A stretch of 64,000 bases of DNA from Macrostomum lignano (Eukaryota), in contig NIVC01001164.1 in the NCBI GenBank assembly GCA_002269645.1, positions 186,001 through 250,000 of the forward strand. The letters are read 5' to 3'. The position numbers and the translations under genes are program-made. Below are positions 51,887 through 64,000 of the stretch, piece by piece (positions within the stretch are counted from its first letter, which is position 1; each line of letters begins with the position of its first letter). The notes beneath the pieces were generated by a model that did no database searches, was not told the origin of the DNA, and saw only the letters and a program-made list of their open reading frames with translations.

Positions 51887-54800
51887 ATGCCGTCTTTGCT
51901 TGGATGGCTGCTTATTGCCGTGCTGTTGCTTTCGGTTCCGGATTTCCCGAAAGCGGATGCTTCAAGCCTGAAGGTGGCTGTGGTGCTCGAGAGCTCCGGC
52001 GCATTGAATCGCAGCCTCATTGACAACGCCTTCGCCAGGCGGGTGGCTACCAACTGGCGACTGAGCAGCGGCCGCAGCCTCCAACCTGTTGTGCTGGACG
52101 CTTCATCCGCAACTCCAGCATCCCCGTCCTGCTCTGCTACTGCGGCTGTGCGACTCCGTGAGTTATTCTATTCAGACATCCCCGACTCAGACATCTCCGC
52201 CTCAGATATCCCAGACTTAGACATACCCGACTCAGATATATCCACGACTCAGTCATCTCCGACTCAGACATCCCCGACTCAGATATCCCAGACTAAGACA
52301 TACCGGACTCAGATATATCCACGACTCAGTCATCTCCGACTCAGACATCCCCGACTCAGATATCCACGACTCAGACGTCATTGACTCAGACGTTCCGACT
52401 CAAAAAATGTCTCCGACTCAGTCATTATTAAACCATTCTTAACCCACTCAAGCCCTTCACTCCACTAACTGATTCTTCCCTAATACCCTGTCCCCCCACC
52501 CCACAGTGTGCTCCCAATCGAACCTGTCGGCACTGCTCGCCATCGGACAGTGCAGCTTCCTTGCTCAGTTGAGATCGGCGGCGGCCAGCCTGCAGTTGCC
52601 GACCGTGGCTCTGCCGACACAGCTGTGCAGCGGGCTGGAGTTTGGTGAGATCTTTGACGACTGATAAGAGACTTGTTAAACATTAGAACTATTTGATGGA
52701 CTCCATTTGGGGGAGCTGTCCTTGGAGGGAGGATCCTTGGAGGGAGGTATCCTTTGGAGGGAAGTGTCCTTGGAGGGAGGTATCCTTGGAGGGAGGTATC
52801 CTTTGGAGGGAAGTGTCCTTGGAGGGAGGTATCCTTTGGAGGGAAGTGTCCTTGGAGGGAGGTATCCTTGGAGGGAGGTATCCTTTGGAGGGAAGTGTCC
52901 TTGGAGGGAAGTGTCCTTGGAGGGAAGTGTCCTTGGAGGGAAGTGTCCTTGGAGGGAAGTGTCCTTGGAGGGAAGTGTCCTTGGAGGGAGGGTATCCTTG
53001 GAGGTAAGTGTCCTTGGAGGGAAGTGTCCTTGGAGGGAAGTGTCCTTGGAGGGAAGTGTCCTTGGAGGGAAGTGTCCTTGGAGGGAAGTGTCCTTGGAGG
53101 GAAGTGTCCTTGGAGGGAAGTGTCCTTGGAGGGAGGGTATCCTTGGAGGGAAGTGTCCTTGGAGGGAAGTGTCCTTGGAGGGAAGTGTCCTTGGAGGGAA
53201 GTGTCCTTGGAGGGAGGGTATCCTTGGAGGGAAGTGTCCTTGGAGGGAAGTGTCCTTGGAGGGAAGTGTCCTTGGAGGGAGGGTATTCTTGGAGGGAGGG
53301 TATCCTTGGAGGGAAGTGTCCTTGGAGGGAAGCGTCCTTGGAGGCAGGTATCCTTGAAGGAGCTGTCCTTTGAGGGAGCTGTCCTTGAGTTAGCTCGTAA
53401 TTCCTAAAGCATTTCAAACTACGCAGACTACGGCTTGACTGGCAGTCATCAGCCCAGCCAGTTGATGGCGGCAGCGGCGGCGGCTCTGGCGGAGAAAGGC
53501 GTCACCGAGGCCGTGGCAGTGCTGTTCGATGGACGCCAGGGTGAGCGCTGAGCAAAGATCTGCCTGATGCGCTTTCTTCGAATGTTAATTCATTCTAGTG
53601 TATCTGCTCTTCCGGGTTGTGTAGATTTTTATGGGATCCTAGCTGGATCGAAATGGGATTCTGAGTGGGATTGCGTGGGCGAAGTGGGCGAGTTGGGAAA
53701 GCATTTAGGATAGGGCCGGTGTGGGATTTGGATGGGATTGGTGTGGGATTCGGATGGGGTTGGTGTGGGACTCGGATAGGGTTGGTCTGGGATTTGGATG
53801 GGTTTGGTGTGGGACTCGGATGGGGTTGGTCTGGGATTTGGATGGGATTGGTGTGGGACTCGAATGGGGTTGGTCTGGGATTTGGATGGGTTTGGTGTGG
53901 GATTCACAACAGGTTGGTGTGGGATTCCTAACATGTTGGTGTGGGATTCCTAAAAGGCCGGTTTGATGGCTCAGCGTCAGTTCAGAGCCTGGAAGCTGCT
54001 TCAAGCCAAGCTTTGATGTCGGCGCCCCACCCGCAGATTCCGCCGTGCTGCAGCAGCTGCAGGGCGCTCTGAGCAGTCGGCAACTCTCGTCCGTCACCCT
54101 CCAGATCGACAGCCCGGCCTCCGGGACCGGCAGCCCGCGGTCCGACCTCGCGCTGCTGCTCAGCCGCTTGATGAAGAAGCGGCTGCGCCACGCTGTCGTG
54201 CTGGCGGAGTCGGCTATCGCGCTGCAGCTGCTAGCCGTGGCCAACTCCAGCGGCCTGCTGCAGCAGAACTACTTCTGGCTGCTGCTGGACACTGGCGGAC
54301 TCTGTCCGGGACAGCTCAAAGCGCTCCGCCTGCCGGTCTTCGCCAATGTGGCCCTGCTCAGGGGTGTCGCAACCGCCGCCTGCTCTGGCGAAGTGCTTGA
54401 CGCCTTTGGCACCTGCGAAACGGACTGGATTAGGGTGGGTTGGTCAGAGTAGGCGTGTCACTTAGCGCACCAGTTCATTTCAGTTTTGCGCGCCGTTTCA
54501 TTTGAGTTTAGCGCGCCAGTTTATTTGAGTTTTGCGCGCCAGTTCATTTGAGTTTTGCGCGCCTGTTCATTTATTTATACCAAATTCAGGACGCTTCCAG
54601 TTTTTTGCACTAAATTCACAATAGCTCGTATTTCACCTCCATGAAGCAAATGGCTTTCGTTCGGGGCGAAAATACACAATAGCAATACAAACAAAGTGTC
54701 GGATTTCCATCCTCCGATTACTTTTACTTTCTGTTTTGCAATATTATTTAACTGTCAACTTTGACACCAATTTACATAGCCATTCAAGCCTCTTGACCCG

Positions 54801-57800
54801 GTCCCGCTCCCGAATCCTGCCAGACTGTCGACGCGAGATTTGTCGACGCCGTAGAAGCCATCGCCAAGGCGTTGAACGATTCGACTGGAGCAGTCGGCGG
54901 CTTCGAGCCAAGCAATGCCACCTGCGACAGCGGCCGCCTCCAGGCCTGGAGCTCCGGGCCGGCGGTGTTCGCCAGACTGGCCGGGGTAAGTCCGAGGTAC
55001 AGAAGATGTAAACCCCCTGGAAACCTGTCAACAGAGCGATTCGTGGACAACTGTAGTAGAAAGACACTAGCCTCGGTTTTCTTAGAAACGTAAATCTGTG
55101 GGGCGGTAAGGAACGGATCTTTGTCGTATCGCTAGTACAATTAGTGCGCTCTCGCCAAATCAGATTTGTCTCGACCGAATTTGTCTATGGCAAATGCGCC
55201 CCTGCTACTGCAGTTGTTCATGGAAACGAGCTTGCTTAGTTGAGAATGACTGCGGCTCAACTGTCAGCACGTGACCCGACAAGAGTACTTGCAGCCCGGC
55301 TACTTACAGAATAATTAAAAACAAAGCTATTCCTTTGTGCACCAAAAGGCTGTCGATCGTCAGTGCTCGCGTGTGATGCCCCCTTCCCCCTGCCAAAAGC
55401 TTATCCCTGCAGCCGTCCCGGAACGTACTTCCTCTCACACAGGCACCAACGCCATGCACTGAGTCTCTTTACCCGTTTTTTAACCATACAGCTCACAGAC
55501 TACAATCCGGGCAGAGGTGTCATCAGCTTCAATCCGACCAGTCGACATTTCGACGCTCAGGGCATTGAACTCGTTGGCGCGTTCAATGAGAACCGCGGCG
55601 CTCCGATGCAGTTCGTTCGGTCGGTTCTGTACAACTCAAAATCTGCTTCTCTGACGGTGCTGTTGCGTAGGCGCGGGATCAGCCTTGTGTTTCCCAACAC
55701 CTTCGTTGGATTTAACAATGAAATTTTGGTTATTTGCTCGCCTGTGGTAAGTCATCTGACCGGTACAGTATCTGACCGGTACAGTATCTGACCGGTACAG
55801 TATCTGACCGGTACAGTATCTGACCGGTACAGTATCTGACCGGTAAAGTATCTGACCGGTACAGTATCTGACCGGTACAGTATCTGACCGGTAAAGTATC
55901 TGACCGGTACAGTATCTGACCGGTACAGTATCTGACCGGTACAGTATCTGACCGGTACAGTATCTGACCGGTACAGTATCTGACCGGTACAGTATCTGAC
56001 CGGTACAGTATCTGATTGGTACAGTATCTGATTGGTACAGTATCTGACCGGTACAGTATCTGACCGGTACAGTATCTGACCGGTACAGTATCTGACCGGT
56101 ACAGTATCTGACCGGTACAGTATCTGACACTGTTTCTGACACCGGTACAGTACCATTACACTGTTTGAACAGTACAGGGTCTGACGAATGCAGTTTCTGA
56201 CCAGTTGTATCGAAGGTCGTAGAAGAATGACTAATTATATAAACGGTAGTTTTAACTGTTGAAACTGAACACAGAAGAATATTTGAACAAATCAAGACTT
56301 CACTAAACAAGTCAGTCTGATTAAACTTACTTAGTAACTTAGACTGCATTTTAAGTAAGAAGTAATATGCGCCAGTAGGTTCTAGTTGTCTCAGTCCTTC
56401 CATAACTTGTTGACAGCACATCTTTCCAACTGCCCCATCACCGCCTAGTACCCGCCATTCACAAAGTTCGAATCAGTCTACCCGAACAACACGGTGACTG
56501 TTAGCGGGATGCTGCGCGACCTGCTTGACATCCTGGCCGAGAAGATGCAGTTCCGGTGCGTCTCAAACGCATGCACTGCATGCTCTTATGCCGATATAGG
56601 GGATGCCAACTAGAGGCACTCAATTACTTTCAGGACCAGTTGACTAGAAACACTGACACAGCCAGTTTCAAAGCAAAATACAGTTTGTGACGCCAAGTGG
56701 TTTCATGGAATGGGGTTAATGGACACACATGATGAAGTTGGCTTTGACCCTTTTGGATCAACAACTCTGGATCGCGAAATCCTTGTGATTCTGCATGACC
56801 GTTGTGTAATCCTAATATAGTGAGTCTTCTCAAACTTTGGGTTCTCAAGTTGACATGAAATCCAACTTTTATCCCCTGGGAGCTCAAGTGAGGAACCTGG
56901 ACAAGATTTCTAGTCGACTGGTCCGGAAAATCACCGATTTCCGTCGGTTTGGTCCTGAGCTCAACTGATTCTAAGAATAACTAAGAACCTATTCCTAGAA
57001 TCTGCATGTCAACCCATTATTTCGTACACTCCTCAACAGGTACATCACCAAGACACCGGACGATGGTCAATGGGGCGGCCCGCAGGCTGGCAAAGATTAT
57101 TACACTGGTTGCGTTGGCGAGGTTCAGAGAGATGTAAGTTAACTGATTAGTTAAAATACGTATAGGGTTGAATTTCATGGCATTTGATTTAACAATAATC
57201 TGTAGAATGCTCGTCTACGCCTAAACGATGTCTACGTCCTCGCGACAGTGCTCTAAGCCCTACAAACTATAGGCGTATCTGCAAACATATTCCAAGGTGA
57301 AACCCAACGCGTCGTTGTGAAACAACAACTCTTTATTGAATGATGACCCGTCCCTGTTTCGACTAACTCTAATTTGGTTCATTCTGTTCTGAGTCAACTG
57401 ACCCCAAAATCAACTCTAGTCTCCCCCTACCTGACACATCCAACACAGATCTGCCAAATAGCAGGCGGCCCCTTTGTGAAGACCACCACCCGAGACCGAG
57501 TAATCGACTACGCTCCGCCGGTGTACCAGGAGTCCACCGCCATTCTGCTCCCACGTCCGCCGCCGAAATCAAAGCTTTGGAATGTCTACTTGACCCTCAG
57601 CCTGGACGTCTGGCTGCTGACAATCGGCACCCTGGTCGCTTCAGCCCTGTGCATCTGGTTGTTGGCCTACTTTTCCCCGTTCAGTGCCTACAACCTCAAA
57701 TTGCAGTACGCCATAGCTGACGAAATCTGGCTGCAGGAATATCTCTGGAGCCTAATGGGCAGCTTCTTTCAGCAGGGTCAGGATTTTTATCCATTTGCCG

Positions 57801-59601
57801 CGTCGCCAAGGACTGCTATGGCCTTCTGGTGGATGTTTACCGTGATATTCTATGCTTCCTACACCGGTAAGTGATCTCAACTCAGTAGTATTCAGGGCAC
57901 CTCATTCCTAACAGCGGTCAGTCATCTTTTCTGACTCCTAAACCCATTACAGGTGACTTAACCGCCCACCTGACAATTGCTGTTACTGACCTGCCAATTA
58001 AAACACTCGAAGGTTTGGCCGCTCAGACAGAAATCAAGCCGCAGGTACAAATTGGCACTAATCACTACGCCCTACTCAAGGAGAGCACATCCGGCATCTA
58101 CAGGAAGCTGGGTGATATGGTCACAGTGGTGAATAGCGCTTCAGACTGCTCTGGAATGGTAGGTTAAGTCAGTGAATTTATCGTCTTGACTGAGTTTAGC
58201 CATACTTTTAATTGATGATAGCAAGGTTTCAAGGGGATTTGTTTAAAGGTGCCCGCCACCTACAAACGACGATTAAAGATAAGACCTTAAAACAACGACC
58301 GCTTGCATGTCAAAGGTCATTGCACATAAGCCTTATTTCTTCACGTCATTGTCTCTTACCTTGAATGATTTCAGTATAAATTTCTAAACGCAAAGTGTCA
58401 GTCAGGAGAAAATGTAATTGGTTATTTATACTTATCATTAGTTCATTTTAGTTTAATAAAAACTTGTGCTCAAAATCGCCAGGTGTTCACGGGCAAAACC
58501 GCCTGCATCGGTGGCTACTCCTACCTGGTGAACTTTGCCAAGCAGAACTGCAGCCAGGTCTACATGGCCGAGGAAATCTTCAACACGGCTACCGCGGCCT
58601 TTATCTACGCTGACGACGCTTACTTTGCCGACCTGTTCGACTTCTAGTGAGTCCCAACTGGGGCAGGTGTAATCAGTTCTTAATTATTATTATTAGTGAC
58701 TGCTAGGAGGAGCTTCGGTGGAGGCAGAACGAGCTTACGAGCTACTTAATTATAATTAATAATAATTTATTCCACATACCCTACTGGGCAGATGTGCAAC
58801 CGACAGCTCAGCCGCAGCCATTGCGCGGCGCATCTGAAGGCTGTTCAGTCCAAGGACTGGGGGGTCGCCACGCACACCCTCAATTACCCCAGCTAATGCA
58901 GGCACCCATTTTACAGTTTGCGCGCAGTGTTCAGCCTGGCTAACATTAGTCTATGGCCAAAACTTGTGTTGAAATCAACAGGCTCTTATGGATTCTTGTG
59001 CAGTCAGCTTTCATGGGAGAGTAAAAAAGAGTAAAAAACAATTGCTTGTTTGTCTTTTCCTCACTTTTTTCTCTAACCTTTATGTACATAACACTGGCCT
59101 GTTCACACGCGCTCCTTCGAATAAACTTTTTCTTGACCACATCATGGAGCTGAGATCCGCAGCTTTCATTTGAATCAAGTTACAGTTGAAACGGACTGAA
59201 ATTATGTCCGCTAGAAGACATCGTAGCAAGGGTTCCGGAACTTTTGACGGACAGTATATAAGTAGAGGGGTTTCTGCGTTCTCGGACAATTCCGTTTTCA
59301 GAAACATTTTAACAAATATTGAGCAAAAAATAATCATAGCTAACCCTTCCTAATCGTTTCCAGCTTTCTCAAGCTGAGCGAGACTGGCATCTTGGACAAG
59401 CTATTCAAAAAGTACTGGTCCAGCGACACCGTCTGCTCAATCGGCGCCGCTGCTGAGGCCGATTCCATCAACCTGGAAGGAGTCGGCGGCTGTTTCATAG
59501 TCGCTCTGGGATTGTACTGCATCGGTCTGATCATTCTGGCATTGGAACTGTTGTGGACCAAAGTACTCGGAAAGTCACCGATTGGCTGTGCGCTTTACTG
59601 A
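51887..59601 (+). CDS. divergent ionotropic glutamate receptor-family subunit (signal peptide, ATD, S1, M1-P-M3, S2, M4), 12 exons, ~854 aa
   Basis: Exons 51887..52157, 52507..52644, 53427..53540, 54037..54434, 54824..54985, 55492..55746, 56449..56555, 57040..57133, 57449..57866, 57953..58158, 58483..58646, 59364..59601. All GT-AG and phase-compatible, total 2565 nt. Motifs: YPPF, DGQWG...GCVGEV, TRDRVIDY, LWSLMGSFFQQG, FWW...SYTGDLTAHLT, PIKTLEGL, KLSETGILDKLFKKYW, then M4. Confidence 0.9.
52163..52405. repeat. ~15-bp repeat (CCGACTCAGACATCC)n in iGluR intron 1
   Basis: Direct reading; starts within ~10-20 nt of the donor. Confidence 0.85.
52708..53390. repeat. 16-bp repeat (CCTTGGAGGGAAGTGT)n in iGluR intron 2
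   Basis: Direct reading. Confidence 0.93.
53716..53950. repeat. ~22-bp repeat (GGTGTGGGATTTGGATGGGATT-type) in iGluR intron 3
   Basis: Direct reading. Confidence 0.85.
55755..56130. repeat. 16-bp repeat (TCTGACCGGTACAGTA)n in iGluR intron 6
   Basis: Direct reading; begins ~8 nt after the GTAAGT donor. Confidence 0.95.
58750..58935 (-). mobile_element. probable truncated SINE in iGluR intron 11
   Basis: GC-rich island with CTGTAAAATGGGTGCCTG, which resembles conserved central-domain motifs of animal SINE superfamilies, and an AT-rich (TAA-type) tail. Family not assignable by eye. Confidence 0.35.
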
Positions 59602-61991
59602 AGACAAGGTGATATTCATTCTTCAGTCTAGTCCGAAAGCTATTTGCATTCCAGTCGTGGGAGTTTTATACTACTTTTATCAAATAGAGGAACGCTCTAA
59701 TTAGTAAACACCTTACTTTTCTGCTGCAAATCACGTTAGCTATCCATCAGTGACAAACTATATAATCCAAAGAACAATTTAAATTAGAAAACGAAACGAG
59801 ATCAAACAATGAATTCTATGCTTGAACACATTTTCGTGAGGATGGGAATGCAATTATAATACCCAATATTTTTCGCTTTCTAGAAGTGCAAATTCTTCAC
59901 AAAACGTTTAACAATCGTCATAAATGAAAGCACAATGATTCTGAACATACAAAGCTTTCATCCCATTGGAACTTTTGCCTCTTGTAAGTCAAACAAATAA
60001 TTACTCAGTGTTAGTCACAAAAAGGAGTTATATAGCTATTGCAGTACTGGATGAAAATACAGTCGTAGCGTTGCACATGTAAATCAATTGTTGATAATTG
60101 TTTTCTAACACGCCTATTAATAATTAAAAGCTGCGATAGCGGATACAGGTATAGTTTGTGTCTGTGAATTAAATACACATGCTATGCAAAGCAAGATCCG
60201 CACAAAATTTAAAACATTTTTTTATTGTTACTGATTATAAATTAAGAAAGAATTATTAAATCGTTAACAGTGGATTTGTATGCTGGTCACCTTGGATCGG
60301 AGAGGGGCAAACGAATTTCATTGGAAGCCATTATTGCAACATACCTGGCTTGCATTATACTGTAAGGTCGGATGCTGAGAAGCGTCTACATTTATACAAT
60401 GTATAAAGTATCTCAAAATCATCGAGAACCTCCAGCTGCCTGCCTCATCACCCGCTGGCGTGCTGCATGTATTTAGAAGCGATAGTCAATCCTACTCATT
60501 CTGCTTGATGCTGCAGCAATTAACCCATCTTTGATCTCCGATAGTCTTTGCAAAATACAGTTGTAAATAAACGCTACATATAAAACAATACTAAAAACTG
60601 GCTTATCTCTCTCGCCTCCGGCTGCGGTTAATGCGTCTATATAGCTAAAGTTTTGTTAGATTAGACTGATAACTTACATTTCTGTGGGTCATTGATTGGC
60701 CGGTTTTCAGTCGATCTGCATGTCGTTCATAGAAAAAGCCCGTTTACACAAATGCAAATGTATAGATCAGGCTGAGGGCTGGTGCTGTGTGTATAATTTC
60801 CAGCCTGAATGATACTTTCTAAGAACACTGCTAGGATTAATATGCAGGGGGGCAAGCTCATAGGAAATTCATATAGCTAAAAAGACAGAATATTTAACTA
60901 GCTACCTTCATGATTTTCACAAGGTCGAAAACATCGCACATGCCATTCGCAATGTGTAAATATATGTATTCATGTATATGTCTTTCATGCAGTACCAAGC
61001 GCTGCCACGCGCGGGGATTTGCTCTTTAATGTACGAGTACTACAAAGCTTTACGTTTATGGATCGGCGTAGGTAGAAACAATCCGAAGTGGGAAACGTCG
61101 ACAACAGATGCTTCAAATTAACGCCTAGCGAAGTCGATGGCAAGTCCAATACTTTAAGGCTACACTGACTTTCAGCAGACGTTTTGTAATTATTATACGT
61201 ACACTTATAATATCTTTTTAGTTTGCAAAATTAGAAAAAAGGAATTAGATACAGTATTGTACATCATCGTCATCCATCAGGATAATGTAAAAGTACAGTG
61301 TGCTCAGTTTTAGTTATTTTGAGAAACAAAGTTTATCTTCCTACATGTATTAGAGTCGTCCGGCCTTATGTCAATCGACGTTGCATGGGAATGTATATGC
61401 GGGTACAATTGGACGTGTTGCAGTGTTTCTGCATATGGATCAAAGGCTTTGCAAAAGACTTTTCCAAAATTTTCCAATCCAGTCGATACCAAGAGTAAAC
61501 TTATTATCTAACAAGAGTGTATTAACCAAGGCAATTGCAAACCCTCATGGTCGCGCTAATCCACTGAGCGTTTTTGATGGTCTAATCATCCACAAAAATC
61601 CATTATTTGAAAGCCATGGCTACTTCTCTCACTTCGCCAGTATTTTGGCGAAAATTTGTAGCAGGCCCACTGGCAGCCTTTTCTAGATCTCTACAGAGGG
61701 GGTGACTTTAATTATGTCACTCCCACTAGCATTATAATTGAGCCAACCTACAGTGAGGTGTGAACTGTGAAACATGCAATTTCACAGCCTCACTTCAGGT
61801 AGGCCTACGTCTTAAAAGATTTTACACAGATCGCATCAAAGACAAGAGATGATCTCATACTGAACAAAAACCTGCTTTTGAGAGTAACATCTTATTTGAA
61901 AATAAATATTTATGTCTTAGTATTGAGTAAACACCCATTTTTGCTTAAATTGAATTGTTTTAATTTTGGTCATTTTCAAAAATAGATAAGC

Positions 61992-62424
61992 TGTGGTAGG
62001 GCGAGCTACCACTTGGAACTGGTGAAGTTGCGACATGTGGTGTAATTCTGTCTATGACCCCTTTTTCGTCACCCAGTACGCCACCCCTTGCCCCATCCCT
62101 CGCCCCATCGTTTGCCGTGGTTTAATATTTTTGTTATTCTCCGTTTGCGTTAATAGTGTCGTCCGTTTCCCCATCCGTTGCCCCATCTGCTGCCCCATCC
62201 CTAGCCGGACGGCACAGTTTTACTTTTATAAGGCTAATTCGAGCCGCCAATTTTCTTCATGCGCTTTCGGTCTCGCTCTCTTTCTCTCGCTCGCTCCCGC
62301 TTGCTTATTCGCTTGCTTATCTACTTTCTTTGTGTGCTTTTATTAAATTAGTTTAGTGTCCTTGAGTGTCCTTGAGTTTAGTGTCGTTGGCACCCGGCTC
62401 CGCCGCGATCTCTCGTTCGTAACA
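61992..62424 (+). mobile_element. possible solo LTR
   Basis: TGT...ACA ends, ATTAAA ~80 nt before the end followed by TTAGTTTAGTG. No matching TSD found. Confidence 0.3.
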
Positions 62425-63597
62425 ATAATAATAATAATAATAATAATTGCCTGCTATTAATTAATAAGTTCATTAATTAAACGAAGCCCTTCACGGTTTA
62501 TCTTGAGTTATTTGCCCGTGGGACGTTAAACAACCGAATTAATCTCAACTCCGAACGAGCTCTGAGATCTCTACGTTCCGTAATACGAAATTACGGTGGT
62601 GGCAGCGCCACTCTACTGACAGTAATCAGTTCAGAAACTCAGAAAGAAAATTACGGTGTCTAGACCATTGAGTCTAAAGTCTGAACGACCGTGCCTGCAT
62701 AAGACCGCTCGACTACGATTACAACTACCCTCTCCCCGGACTTGAGAACCCGGCTGTCGGAGTAAAACAGGAGGAAATAACTCGTTGTGATTCGTCTGCG
62801 CGATTTACGGATTTATTCGTGCGAACTCAACGCCGGCGGTAATTCAGACGTGGAATCCGCCCCACCCCAGAAGTGCTGGTGGTGTCAGCAACAAATTACA
62901 AATCAACCCACTTCCAAAAAAAACTTCCTCCGCCCCAACTCAAGCACGCACGCCGACTCTGCAGCCTTTTTCAGAATATTATTATGATGATGATTGCATG
63001 ATGAATGTCAGGAATATGCAACCCAGACTTACATTGATCACATTGATCACATTTATAAAATAAAAATAACTGTACATAAATTGATAAAACTTGATTTATT
63101 ATTAATAGTAGGGCTTGAGATCGCAGATAGGGCTAAAGCCATTCATTGCCTTTGCCATAGCGACAAACTAAATCCCTAATTAATGAGTAATGTAAGCCCC
63201 AAGGAGGCAGGCTAGATGGTTAACTTCAACAGTAGCAGTACACTCAGATTTTTTATTAAAAAACAATGGTGCTACTTTTAAGTTGATTATTGATTAATGA
63301 TGAGTAGATTATTGATAGAAGTTTCGTCAATCTTTATTCTTAAATCTTTGTTTTTTAATTAAAACTCTTAATTCTAAGCTAGTTTTATAGGCAATGCAGC
63401 CAATGCTTAACCTAGGCCTAACTTAGAGCTTAGTCCCATGGTCCAATGTCAATATCCCAATAACAAAAATATTATCTATTTACTATTACAATATATGGCC
63501 CTATGCTAATTGCTAATAATGCCCTGCTTTCCAGTATTCCTATAATACAATAGCTTTTATAATATAGTTGGCCTTTGTTGGCCTCCCAATTCTTAGC

Positions 63598-63740
63598 GGC
63601 TTCCAGTTAATTCGGCGACAAGCTAATTCGGCGACAACCAATTCGCTCTCCCCTCATGTCGCCGAACTGGCTGTCGCCGAATTGACTTGTCGCCGAATTG
63701 GCTGTCGCCGAGTCAACCTGTCGCCGAATTAACTGGTTCC
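63598..63740. mobile_element. MULE-like MITE
   Basis: Perfect 18-bp IR CCAGTTAATTCGGCGACA / TGTCGCCGAATTAACTGG, GG..CC termini, 9-bp TSD (A/C)TTCTTAGC (8/9 match), internal TGTCGCCGAA repeats. Confidence 0.75.
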
Positions 63741-63762
63741 CTTCTTAGCTCCCGCTGGAAAA

Positions 63763-64000
63763 TAGGGATGGATATTTGGTTCGGATATAGCGTATCCGGA
63801 TCCGGATAGGGGCACTTTTCCGAATGAACGGCCGGATATGTCCAGATATGACATTTTATCCGAACTATATCCGGACAAGTCGTATCCGGACGAATATCCG
63901 GATTATCACCCGGATATATGACTTATCCGGACAAAAATTTCCGGACTTTTCATCCGGATACCAAACCTCTTGGTTCGGATACTCTACTATATCCGGACAA
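63763..64000 (+). mobile_element. left end of an hAT-like element, truncated by the window edge
   Basis: Begins TAGGGATG (Ac-type terminus) followed by many ATCCGGA subterminal repeats. Confidence 0.55.

Noticed and set aside
59587-59601. C-terminal CALY of the iGluR as a CaaX prenylation signal
   Set aside because: Tyr is an atypical X residue and nothing else supports it.
61298-61686. ORFs with a faint retroelement-like ETLQHV motif
   Set aside because: The cysteine spacing does not fit a CCHC motif, and stops interrupt the relevant frames.

Overview
This is a repeat-rich animal (eukaryotic) genomic window, not prokaryotic. GC-rich exons with poly-GGC/CAG runs sit among minisatellite-filled introns. 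That style suggests a free-living flatworm such as Macrostomum, but this is an inference and is unverified. I assembled spliced models by hand from GT-AG sites and phase continuity: a 6-exon GLI/Cubitus interruptus gene (minus strand, ~928 aa), an intronless BET1 SNARE, a 3-exon class A peptide-type GPCR (~402 aa) with degenerate activation motifs, a single-exon candidate neuropeptide precursor, a 12-exon divergent ionotropic glutamate receptor-family subunit (~854 aa), and the 3' end of an unidentified plus-strand gene. About 25 unrelated tandem arrays are present and account for most of the long ORFs in the track, which are artefacts. Mobile elements include a 5'-truncated LINE with a TSD in an (AAC)n tract, a full-length tRNA-derived SINE with a TSD, and nested hAT- and MULE-like MITEs. 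The best leads are the orphan neuropeptide precursor / atypical GPCR / non-canonical iGluR cluster, the GLI with an altered SUFU motif and no PKA cluster, and a YY1/Pho-motif minisatellite in gli intron 1. Repeat boundaries are approximate, and no database searches were run.
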